DNA of 64,000 nt from positions 4,263,239 to 4,327,238 of the forward strand of contig MU058384.1 in NCBI GenBank assembly GCA_013265495.1, read 5' to 3'. Shown here in pieces: positions 26,044-36,975 of the stretch. The translations under genes were made by a program, and so were the position numbers. Numbering within the stretch: the first letter of the stretch is position 1; every line of letters starts with the position of its first letter. The notes beneath the pieces are model-generated. The model was not told where the DNA came from. It worked only from the letters and a program-made list of their open reading frames with translations, and did no database searches. Source of the DNA: Vicugna vicugna (lineage: Eukaryota).

Positions 26044-27224
26044 TCTTGGTCCTTCTTCAATGTTCCCATAGAGTAGTATTTCTACTCTATCTTAAAACAT
26101 GTGCCATTCTGCCTTGATATCAGTGAGTTGTTTATGGATCTGTGTTTTCTAACAGGTCATAATATATCTTCTTTCTGTTTTCCTCCCAGGTACGTAGAAG
26201 AGTGCTATGCACTGAATAGACACTCAAAAGATAATTATTCAATTGGATAATTGAATAAACCAAGAAATGTGAATTACTTTATTTCCTTTTCTGAATAGGG
26301 TTGTAAATATAGTCTCAACTTCTTCTGTTTTTAAATTGGGAATAAATTTCTATTCAACTGACATTTATTGTATAGTAGAAGATGCTAAATATTTGTATGT
26401 AACAATGAAACATCCTATTCCCATTCTGTGACCTCCTAGAGTGTTTCTAATTATTTTTGGAGTGTTTAAGACATTTTCAAAAATATTTTCAAAGCAAAAT
26501 TTGTTTTAGTCTAATTTTGTCTATTCACATTCTAGAATGCATTTATCACCAAATCGAAGAACAGGGCATTTCGCATTAAAGAGGGTAAAAATCATTTGCT
26601 TTAGAGTTTATATATCCAGTGAATTCCCAGCTCTTGATTTTATATATCAATTTAATTAACAAGAAAATATTTTCTTTTGTTCTACTGTAGAATCAGGGAC
26701 TGATCCAAGAAAAACAGTGTAGAACTCAACTAATATTCAAAAGAAATAACAAGGGCAAAAAAAATGTATCTAGAGAGGACAGTGGAGGAAGCATCAGTTT
26801 CTCTGTATCAGCCACCATGGACGAGGTGATAATGATTCTTGTTACAACACTAGAAGAAAATAATGATCCCTGTTACAATGCTGCAGCCCTCCTCTTCATC
26901 CCAGTACAGTTCTCCCATTGCCTCCCGCCCCATCTTCTCCCTAAGGGCCAGGTGCAGAGAAAGGAGAAGAACTCTCAGAAATTTCCAATTACCACACTGA
27001 AGCAAAGAAATGTATCAGACTTGACCGGAGTGCGATGCACTGCATGATGATGATGGCATTCCCAATTTGCATTAGATATAAAACCTCAGCTTTCAGTGTG
27101 GGGCCTGATCAGAAGGTGTGACTTGTACACATCCTGTTTTGTACACTGCAGTCATTCAGCTGAACTTTCCAGTGTCAGAGCCCTGAGATGACTGCTGTGA
27201 TGCATGTGCTTATCTTTTTAAAAT

Positions 27225-27363
27225 TAATTCTTATTTTTTTGGAAGGGGAGGCAATTAGGTTTATTTTTGTTTATTTATTTGTTTATTTCATGGCACTGGG
27301 GAATCAAACCTGGGACGTCGTGCATGTGAAGCACACACTCTACCACTGAGCTATACCACCCGC
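27225..27363 (-). mobile_element. Camelid tRNA-derived SINE (Vic-1 type)
   Basis: The reverse complement reads GGTATAGCTCAGTGGTAGAG...CAGGTTTGATTCCCCAG...AAACCTAATTGCCTCCCC and an A tail. Imperfect duplication ATGTGC(T/A)TAT on both sides. Confidence 0.88.
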
Positions 27364-27371
27364 CATGTGCA

Positions 27372-27593
27372 TATTTTTAAAATTGAAGTATATTTGATTT
27401 ACAATGTTGTGCTAGTTTCTGGTGTACAGCCTAGTGATTCAATTATAAATATATATATTCATTTTCATTATAGGTTATTACAAAATACTGAATATAGCTC
27501 CCTATGCTATACTGTAGGACCTTGTTGTTTGTCTATTTTATATATAATAATTTGTATCTGCTAATCCTGAACTCCTAAATTATCCCTTCCCTT
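27372..27593 (-). mobile_element. 5'-truncated artiodactyl-type L1 3' UTR
   Basis: TTTTAAAATTGAAGTATATTTGATTTACAATGTTGTG...GGACCTTGTTG...TGCTAATCCTGAACTCCTAA. Confidence 0.88.
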
Positions 27594-28580
27594 TGCATGT
27601 GCATATTGTAAGACAAAGAGAGAGAAGGAGTAGAAAGGGGAGAATGACTGAGTTCAGTACACGCATGGGAATGTAACTAAAATAAATGCTACTGAGCATG
27701 AAGTACTCAAGTGCAAGGCTCAGCACATGGTAGCATAGCCGGTATATAACGGAGATCATGTTTTTTGAAAATATCCACATGATTTTTCTTTTGCATTCTC
27801 TTGTGTGTATCTTCCCTGTCCACCCCACCAGAGGCATCCACTGGGGATGATTAAGAATGCTATAGCAAGAAGGAAAAGAGAGAGAGGAAGTCAATATTCA
27901 TCATTTCATCCTCAGAGTGAGGGTTTTTGTTTCTTCAGCTTGTTTGTTTTTGTGTGTGTGAGTTTGCAGCAGAAAAATGACTTGAGAACTGGTCTTTGTG
28001 GAAAGATAAAGGGACTCTACATTCATTTATTAGGCCTCATTGACACTGAGAGGTAGGCTGCGGATATGGTTTCTTGTCCCTTCCACATGGAGGCTTCCCT
28101 CTCCTGGGAAGGAGGATATGGCCCAGAATAATGCCGTCTACTCCTGATACCTTAGGGAATGATGGGCAAGGGGATCAAAGACAGAGCCCAGCGGTCAGAT
28201 GGACATGTCTTTGTCTCCCCATCTCAGGTTGGCACTTTGCATTGCATGTGGTAGAAACATTCAGATGAGCATGGGGGAGCCCGAGATTCCAGACAGTACA
28301 TTCACCAGATAGTACCTTAGAGAGGAGCAAGGGGAGGGAACGTATTTATCTTGAAGTCATTTAATCCAGAAGAGACTGACAGTACCTTGTTAGCGAGCAA
28401 GTTCAGATTTTCTTATTCCTCCTTAGGGTGGGTTCAAGAGGAAGATTTAATTACTTGAAGGAAAGAAACAAGGTACATTTATTGCAATTTGAATGCGGAA
28501 ATTTGAGATCTCTGTGACAAATGTTTTGAACAGTGGCTGTTCCCGCTTCATTTCTGTATGTGTTTTTGATTACACTTCTT

Positions 28581-28969
28581 TTTTTTTAAATTGAAGTGTA
28601 GTTGATTTATAATGTGTTAATTTTTGATGTGCAGCACAGTTATATATATATTTATATTCTTTTTCATATTCTTTTTCATTACAGGCTATTACAAGGTATT
28701 GAATGTAGTTCCCTGAGCTATACAGTAGGACCTTATTATTTATCTATTTTATATATAGTAGTTAGTATCTGCAAATCCTGAACTCCTAGTTTCCCAGTTT
28801 ATCCCTCCATGTTCCCATTTTCCCTGCTGGTAACCACAAGTTTGTTTTCTATGTCTGTGAGCCCATTTCTGTTTTGTAAATAAGTTCATTTGTCTTATTT
28901 TTCAGATTTCACATATGAGTGATATCATGTGGTATTTTTCTTTCTCTTTCTGGCTCACTTCACTTAGTA
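28581..28969 (-). mobile_element. 5'-truncated artiodactyl-type L1 3' UTR with TSD
   Basis: Same family as 27372. TSD TGATTA(C/T)ACTTCTT at 28567-28580 and 28970-28983. Confidence 0.9.
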
Positions 28970-30879
28970 TGATTATACTTCTTATGCTTGGATCCAACTT
29001 CTTTCCAGTGACCTCACCTCACTTCTTTCCTTTGGTACTCTTTGTTTCGCTCTCCACCTGCCCCCTTCTCTTTTCTTTCTTAGTCATTTTCATCTGCAAA
29101 TTCTATCAACTTTTTTGAGTGAGTTTTTGTCACAGATCCTCTAAATGAATTTGTCTTTGGGTTTTCTGAAGTACTCATCAAGTCTGAAGATTTCTGTGAA
29201 ATACACATGTGCCATCCAAAAACAAGATGGAGGAGAAAGCAAGAAAGAGAATCTTGTGCTTTGGTGTTCATTCCAGAGGTTGAGGACCGGCTGAGGATTC
29301 AATGGGAAAAATTCTAATGATTGTATTATATGTGTTATTACCCTTGGTTATTTAATTTTCTTTTTCAATACCTTGACTAAAGATTTACATTCATTCCCAT
29401 TGTATCTCTCACTTTGATTTTATTTTACAATTTTCTGGCTTTTTTACCTCTCAATTGCTACTACCAGGTACATGCAACAGCATGCTACTCAATCTCTCTT
29501 GAAATTCGTCCTTTTCTCTCTAGGGATTTTGTTTTTCTGGAGTAGTTCCGTTGGACTGACTTTTAAGGCCACACACAACTAAACCTTGCTTTGTCTTTGT
29601 CAACTCTGCCTGCCAATTGTACACAAGGCCAACTTTTAAATTTTATCTTGTTACTAATGATAAAGACTGTGACCTACAGGCTTTTCTGTAGGTCACTTAG
29701 CACTTGCGTGAGAGCCCAAGAAGTAACAAAATGCTTAGGACAGGGGTTTGGTTTATAATCTATAAAATATCATTCCTCATGGATTTTTTTTTTTTTAGGT
29801 GAGAAGAAGTACTTTCTGATAATTTTGTACTTTGAGGAAATTTGAGACAAGTGCATAGATACAAAACTGAACTCTTGGGATGATCTCTTAACATTTTCGA
29901 GATTGAAGTCAGTTCTAAAAAGAAATACATGGAAAGACAGAGAGAGAGAAATAGAAAAACAAAGAATAAAGTCTATGTTGTGTGTACATCTAGGCTAGGG
30001 CATTGTATTAAATCACAAGTACTTTGAGCTTTGCTCCATATCATATTTTTAATATGATGGTATATACCTACTATACTATGAAGTGTATTGATAATTAAAG
30101 GCTGAAAAAATCAGGTAATGGAAAAGAGCACACATTTTCAGTTGCTTCTGTGAGTTAAAAAATTAACTTGAAGCCTTTGGTCGTCTAACAATAAAGCTTC
30201 TAAACTTTTCCTTTTAGAAATTAAATGCAAAAGTCAGTGCTTTGCTGCCCAGTTAAAACAGCCTTGTTTATAAAAAAAGAAGAAAGAAAAAAGAAGTTGT
30301 TTCCAGGCAAAGAGCAGAGGACGCAGGAATAACATCCCTCATTCAGCTCTGTCCCCTCAAAAGCTCATTTGTAGGACCAGGTAAACACACACCTTCCGTA
30401 TTCTATTTTTGAAATTACGTTGAGGAGTATACAGGCTGTTATCTGTAAAAGAAGCGACTTTTGAAACTTTAGTTGATGTAACATGTTCCAAGATTCATGA
30501 ACAGAGTAATTATTTTAAAAGTATATAAAAGCAGGCATAATTTAGATGCATTTACTCTAAAACTTAATAATTATCAATGACAACTCCTCTAAATGAAGAG
30601 AGAACCGTCTCATACTAGTTTTGCAGATACTTTATACCTTTTGAATGGTTCTGAAATTCACTCTTGTGTATTCTTTTCTTTTACTTTAAAAGCTGTAATG
30701 ACTAATCCTGATCTTCTGTCAGAATATAAGTTTAAAAATGATTCCATTAAAAGGAAGAACTAAAATTCATATTTCTTAAATAATCTGTGCCTAGGGAAAA
30801 AAAAATGTTCATTCAGGCATTTAATGGCAACTTGTAAGCTACTTTATTCCTTTTGATAATCTTCTTTCTTTCTTTCTTT

Positions 30880-31560
30880 TTTTTCATTTATCAAAGTGTA
30901 TTGAATGGCTGACATGTGAAAGATGCTAGGGAGAACACAAAGAAAATAGAATGTTCTCCAGATTCTCAAAAAAGCTGAAAATCTAGGAGGGGAGGAAGAA
31001 AATATACATTAATTATAATAAAATAGAGTGATTTGCCTGTGCAATAAATACAAAGAAAGTTCTATAAGACTTCAGAAGAGAAAGGCACACCCTTCCTTGG
31101 TAAGCTCAGAAAGACTTTGCGCAGGGAATAGCATACAAGTGGGGTCTTAAGGGATGGCAGAAGTTGACATGGAGGGAAGTAAGTAATCTGAGGCACTGGC
31201 TACAATGAACAGAAAGCAAGTAGGAAGCTGTGGGATGTTTGTCCTGTCTGGGTGGAATATAAGTGCTTAGAGGGCAGTATGACAAATGAGATGGGAAAAG
31301 TGAGCTTTGAATGCAGGATGGTAGAATTTGGATTTTCTCTGCAGACAATGGAGAATCATTGGAGAATTCTGAAGAGTGGGGAGATATATTCTGATTTTTC
31401 TTTTGATGTTATTGATCTATATCACAGAGTAAAGAAAGAAGAAGGGTAGAGAGAGTACTTGAGTTGGAGGCTACTGGCAGATAATAGACCAAACAACATG
31501 AGTTTTGGCCAAGGGCCACGCAACTGAATACAAAGAAGGCAGTGACTATGAGATAAGTGG
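30880..31560 (-). mobile_element. L2 fragment
   Basis: TTCATTTATCAAAGTGTATTGAATG...GGATTTTCTCTGCAGACAATGGAGAATCATTGGAG...GGAGGCTACTG. Confidence 0.75.
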
Positions 31561-31629
31561 TTGAGGCAATAACAGTACCAATAATTATGAGAGTGGACAT
31601 TTACCGAGGATGTAGGCTCTTTTTCAGGC

Positions 31630-31775
31630 ACACTTTTGGTATTATCTCATTTAATCCTCAGTTTTTGCAAAGCTGCTGCTGTTATTATCTTTTTAAAGGA
31701 GAGGAAACCAAGGCATAGAGAGCTGAAGTAATTTGCAGAGTTCACACAGTTCAGCAATAGAGAGGCAGGACTTAA
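31630..31775 (-). mobile_element. MIR
   Basis: TCTCATTTAATCCTCA...GAGGAAACCAAGGCATAGAGAG...GGCAGGACTTAAA. Confidence 0.75.
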
Positions 31776-33477
31776 ATTTTTTTTTAATCTCAACATTGCA
31801 GCGATACTCTTAACCGAGCTTATAGACTTGGAACCAATTGGAAATTGGAGAGCTAGAGGGATCAGTTTTGAACCTGGGTTTCTGCAGGAGTAATGCCATT
31901 TATGTAACCTAGGAAGGCAGGTTGAAGAAGAGGTTTAGCTCAAGGTGAGATGATGTGTTCCGGTTTTCACTCAATTTTGCATTTGCATTTAAAGAACAGA
32001 CTGAATTGTCAATGATCATTACCCAGTACAGCTACAGACTGAGTGCAGGCCAATGTTCAGAAGAAGTAGCTTTAGAAAAATGTTATGAATTAATGTCATT
32101 TACTGTTCAGACTAACTGATTCAAGGCAATTTGTCCTGCTTTGAATGAAGTTATTAATATTAAAGAGTATTTGAAAGGGCGCTTGAATGTTTTAGAAGTG
32201 TTTTTTAATCTTACTGGCCAATTTTTATAGCCAATACTTAGTTGACCTAGAGGTTTAAACTAACAAATGCTTGTTTTCACACTGAAGTTCTAGATAGAAT
32301 TCTGATTCATAAATTCAGAATCACTGTTCTCTCATTAAGTGTTTGATTCCTCCCTGAGTTTCTGGTGCCTAGCAGTCCCTGGTATACACCATGCATGCAA
32401 TAAATACTCTTTGAATTATAATAATAAAAATGTTCATTCTTCACTATATTTAATTTATATTTGATATTTAAGATATCTAAAAACAGCCCCTTTGTCAATT
32501 GAACTGTACAGTTCTGGAATCAGTGAATTGTTTCAGAGACTTTCTCTTCTGAAGTTGTTTGATTTTCAGGGCTCATTATAAAGCGAAGTTCTGAAATTTT
32601 TATTCTCCTTGAAGGCACGACAAGTTACAATGGCTATGGGGAAAACAAACACTTTTTTTTTTTGGAGAAAGGTATGTTTTACATATTTTTGTAACCAAAG
32701 GCTATTGAAATGGAAACAAGCTTAATAAATAAGTAAAATATCATGCAAAATTTACGGCAGAGATACCAAAATGAAAGTTAAGATTCACAGCTGCAGAATT
32801 TGCAGTTATTTGGTTGAATTCTGAAATCAAATTATTCATTCAACTAAGACTAAGTCCAGCTAGGGGATGTCTAGTCTTAAACAGGTTACTGACTAGAATC
32901 ATAATTAGGCTAATATTTGCACTCACAGCATTTAAGAAACCAGTTATTTATCCCCTATCCTTCTTCCCTCTCCTCACTCCCCACTTCTGGGCATGTTCTC
33001 ACCACCATGCTTTAAAGCTTATTTTCCATTGACAATAGATGGGAAATCTCCCCATATGTCTTTCCAGCACTGAAATTCAGGACCTAAAACTAAAGCCCAG
33101 AAAATAAGTTTAAAAATGTAACAGAGGCACAATCTTTGACTTATTTTGCATGGTAGTATTATTTTTCTGATTTGATCAAGCTTTATATCGTGTCATTAAT
33201 TTCCATGTTTATCCATCTACATATAATCAATAAAGCAGTATCTTGGTTTAAATTTAAATTACCCAGCTTGGGTCCCAATCATGTCAGTTTTTTTGGACTA
33301 GGGTTGGATGATTGAGATGATTTGGGTCTGACCCAATGTCAATGTGTGACTCTGAACAAGTTGGTTAGTCTCTAGCCCACTGTTTGCCTCATTTGTATTC
33401 GACTAGACAATTGGACCATCCTTTGTTCACCTCATAGAGGGAAAATGATATGAGTATTAATAAAATTAAATACTATT

Positions 33478-33556
33478 TGACACAACATTGTAAAATGACT
33501 ATAACTCAATAAAAATGTTTAAAATAGATAAATAAATAAATAAATAAATAAATAAC
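33478..33556 (+). mobile_element. Very short L1 3' terminal fragment with (AAAT)n tail
   Basis: GACACAACATTGTAAAATGACTATAACTCAATAAAAA followed by (AAAT)n. Confidence 0.75.
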
Positions 33557-34745
33557 CACCTCTGATTTATGAAGGAAAAAAAATTAAATACTCAGGTACA
33601 AGCCAATGAACTAAGCTGATGCTCCAACTCTGGGTATGCTGATAAGTTCCAGAGTCCCTCTTCAGGACAAACAGTGCTTCTGCCAATGCCCAGCTCAGGG
33701 CTGGGAGGGGTCACACCCAGATGCACACGCACCCAGAGGAAGAGCTCCTCTTCTTCCTGTCCTGTTCCATCCCTCCTCCAACCTATTGCTTGAAAAGTCA
33801 CCATTAGTCTCCAGCAAAGATGTTCACACATAAAACCTCCTTCCTCCCTGGCATTTCCTTGTTCTCTTCAGGGGACACTACCTCTCTGTCTTCCATCACT
33901 CACAGTTCAGTCTATTTATGCACTTATTTTCCCACAAATCCTTTTGCTCTCTCCCTTTATTTCCTAAGCAAAATTTCAGAAGACTTTTCTATTTCACTTA
34001 TGAGATACAAAGTTCCAGTCTTGCCAAAGAAGTCTGAGTAAAAATAACGATGCCCTTCACTAGGGAAAAGAAAAGCTGGAACTTTCAAAGTTAAATGCAA
34101 CTTACTAAGAAACAGGGATGCCTGTCTCTAAAGTTCTCTAGACTGTTGGTTATCTTCAGAATTTCTGCAATTTCATGGTTTTTAAAAACGTAAACCTATT
34201 TATCTGTTATCACAAGCAGTTGAAATATACACAGAATGCTAGAGTATTTAATTTTCCTGTTTTTAGTTATTAGTGTGGCTAAAATTGTGTGCTACAAATG
34301 TAATATGTTAAGTTCCTACAGGTAAAGATGATAAAGAAGAGGGGATAAATGACTGTGGAGGAAGGCTGGGTGGTGGGGATGAAGATCAGGAAAGCTGTCA
34401 TAAAGACAGGGATGCTTTGAGTTGGACTTTGTAGTTTGAATACAAATGATCCGTCGCCTGAGTTTAAAAAAAAAGACATTCCAAGCATAAGGCGAGGCTC
34501 AGAGGCGGGGCACCTCTTGATGCATTTTGAGGAGCAGTAAATTGTTTTGTGTTTCAAAGTGGAAACTGAGGGTTCTGAGGCAGAGCTCAAATTTGAGAGA
34601 GAAAACGAGTGTTATTACCATGTGTCTTGGTGCTTTTTGAGGAAGTTTCTATTCAAACCCCTGTACACAAACTGAAAACAACCTAAACCATCTCTTTCTA
34701 AAAATGGAAAAATGCCAGACTTTTGGTATCTTCTACAAGTGTTCC

Positions 34746-35165
34746 TGAGACCCTCACCATCATGGTGAGAATGGCACAGAGCACTTGATGTGATGAGGAA
34801 ATGCAGCATCAGCAACAAGACAAGAGAAAGAAAAGGACAATTTGGAGAGTGAAGCAACTTGGGGCTTTATTGTCCAGCTGCACATGTGGAAGATAAGGGC
34901 TTTAGGTACACACCAGGATGGGTGAGCCCCTCGCCTCCTTGAGAATGGGAAGGCAGGTAAGGGGGAAGAGGAGGTAAGCAGACAGCCTTTGGGGAGGTGT
35001 CGAAATAGAGTCTGCCTCCCTGCAGGCAGGACGAAGGGATAGCGGATCAGGGTGCATCCTCCCTGGAAACCAGTGTGGCTGCTGAGATATATTCCACTGA
35101 GGGTGAGACGGTGGTCTGGGGCATATTAAGACTCAACTAGCTGAACTTAATAATGTCCAGAAGAA
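34746..35165 (-). mobile_element. Candidate ERV solo LTR (about 420 bp), family not recognised
   Basis: Flanked by direct repeat TGTTCC at 34740-34745 and 35166-35171. The minus strand has AATAAA at 34871-34866, then a pyrimidine-rich U5-like tract ending GGGTCTCA. The other terminus lacks the canonical dinucleotide. Confidence 0.45.
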
Positions 35166-36099
35166 TGTTCCTTTTAAGTGATTAAAAAGTTATAGGAGTT
35201 CTGTTTTCTCTCTGTTGTACTGCTTTTTCAGGAAATTAGACACTCACCAGCATATAATAGAAATGATAATATACACGTATCTCTGCAGACATGCTAACAT
35301 CTGTTGAATTCGGTAGTTTTACCAAAGGCGTAATTTGAAATATGCATTTTAATCATTTAATATACTGAAACAAACCAAGAGCGGTAAAAGTTGAAGTGTC
35401 ATAATTGAGTTTTCTGCCCAGGTGGGTTTTTCCATTTTTCTTGTACTCACATGAAATATGGGATGGCTTTAGCATTACCTCATTTTTTCTGACCAAGACC
35501 CATTTTCTTGGGCATCCCCCAACTGCCACATAAACCTCAGTCTCATTGGTTTCCTTCTCTTTCCTAAGTATTCATTGTTTACTAGAGACCAGCACAGTGG
35601 TTTTTTAATTTCTTTCAAATCTTTTTTTCTGCCCAGAGCATTTTTTTAAATATTGTTCTTTTTAGATTATTAAGCAACTTAGGAAATATTTCTCTATAAT
35701 TTATTAAAAATAAAATGGTCAAGTTTTGATTTCCTAGTGTCTTTCCATGAGAAAAAGAGAGGTAATTTTTGGTATAGCTTTTCTGTCTAGTCCCCCATCT
35801 CTCGCCACCAATGGCATGTCAAGATTCCACTGCATAGAGCTGGCCAAGCCTTCAAATGCATAAACACACGCTCACATTCATTCTTCTAAAGTGTACCACG
35901 ACTTTCCAAATATCTACCAACATACTGCCCTAAGGAAGAGCACACCCTGCATTCTTAGTTTACAGTGTTATTGGAGCCCCCTGGGATTTTTCACAGGGAT
36001 CCTAGGTATAGGTTTGTGGTATGGTACCCACTGTTAAAAACACAGCAAAGTTCTCCTCAACCGTCCCAAGCACAGCGCATTCTTATAACGTGACAAAGC

Positions 36100-36555
36100 C
36101 CCTATGAATCACCATTTCCACATTTGCTATTTGAGCTTTCCCGGTATCAGTGGGGAACTTTGTATTATTGTCATTTGCCAAAAGGGGAAACTGAGGCAAG
36201 GAAGTTTATGAAGTTTCTCACAACACAAAAAGCTTCCAGGCCAAACTCAGTCCTGGGAACATTTGTACATGCTGTAGTTCCATAGCTAACAATGAGAAAA
36301 CATATTTTACTTTGTATGAAGCATTACAAAAAAAGCAACCCAAGAAAAATATTCTCTCAGCGATAACTGACTTGTCAACAAGAAACTGCAGAAGCAGGAT
36401 AGACTTTAAAGAGCACCCAATTTCATCCTCCCTTTTGGGGACTGAAGCTTAGGAAATTTTACTTGTTTAAGCCACAGGACAAGCAAGTGACAAGCTAAGC
36501 CCAGATCCCAAGTCTCTCGATTTTCAGTCTATTAATGCTCCTCCAACCAGATCAC
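36100..36555 (-). mobile_element. Two MIR fragments just downstream of the alternative exon
   Basis: GGGGAAACTGAGGCAAGG at about 36183 and GGGGACTGAAGCTTAGG...CCAGATCCCAAGTCT at 36436-36515. Confidence 0.6.
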
Positions 36556-36737
36556 ATTTAATTTTAACATGCATTTCTGTCATAGAGCAAACATTCATTA
36601 ATCACAGCCCTCGGGACCTATGCTGCACAGTTCGTCTTCCTTCCTTTTCCCATTTTTATGGCTTGGGCTGTCCCAGGAAGGGACTGAAAGTCACCAGACT
36701 TGGCCCTGTTACCTTTCACACCTCAGAGCCCATTTAC

Positions 36738-36975
36738 CTGGAAAGCTGTGGAGAGNNNNNNNNNNNNNNNNNNNNNNNNNNNNNNNNNNNNNNNNNNNNN
36801 NNNNNNNNNNNNNNNNNNNNNNNNNNNNNNNNNNNNNNNNNNNNNNNNNNNNNNNNNNNNNNNNNNNNNNNNNNNNNNNNNNNNNNNNNNNNNNNGAGGA
36901 TGGCAGCACACCTTCGGGGGCTGGCCACCTTCTGCCCAGCTCCGCCGAGTGGAAGTAGCGCTGGAGCACAGGCAT
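36738..36975 (-). CDS. PDE7B: PDE7B alternative first coding exon (long N-terminal isoform), 79 codons + 1 nt, phase-1 donor; interior masked by N gap
   Basis: ATG at 36975 gives MPVLQRYFHSAELGRRWPAPEGVLPSS. After the gap it reads (A)LHSFP G|GTAAAT, with the donor GT at 36737-36736. Recalled human isoform: MPVLERYFHPAELGRRWTGPEGVLPSS...EDALRSFPG(DIRLRG). The 238-nt length equals the recalled 79 codons + 1. Confidence 0.9.
36756..36895. other. N gap, 140 nt, inside the coding exon
   Basis: Run of N. Confidence 0.99.

Larger units (their letters stand above)
1..36737 (-). other. PDE7B: PDE7B intron downstream of the alternative first exon
   Basis: Begins with the GT donor at 36737. The next shared exon (GDIRLRGQTG...) was not seen in the window. 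The sequence is repeat-rich with no credible long ORF. Confidence 0.75.
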
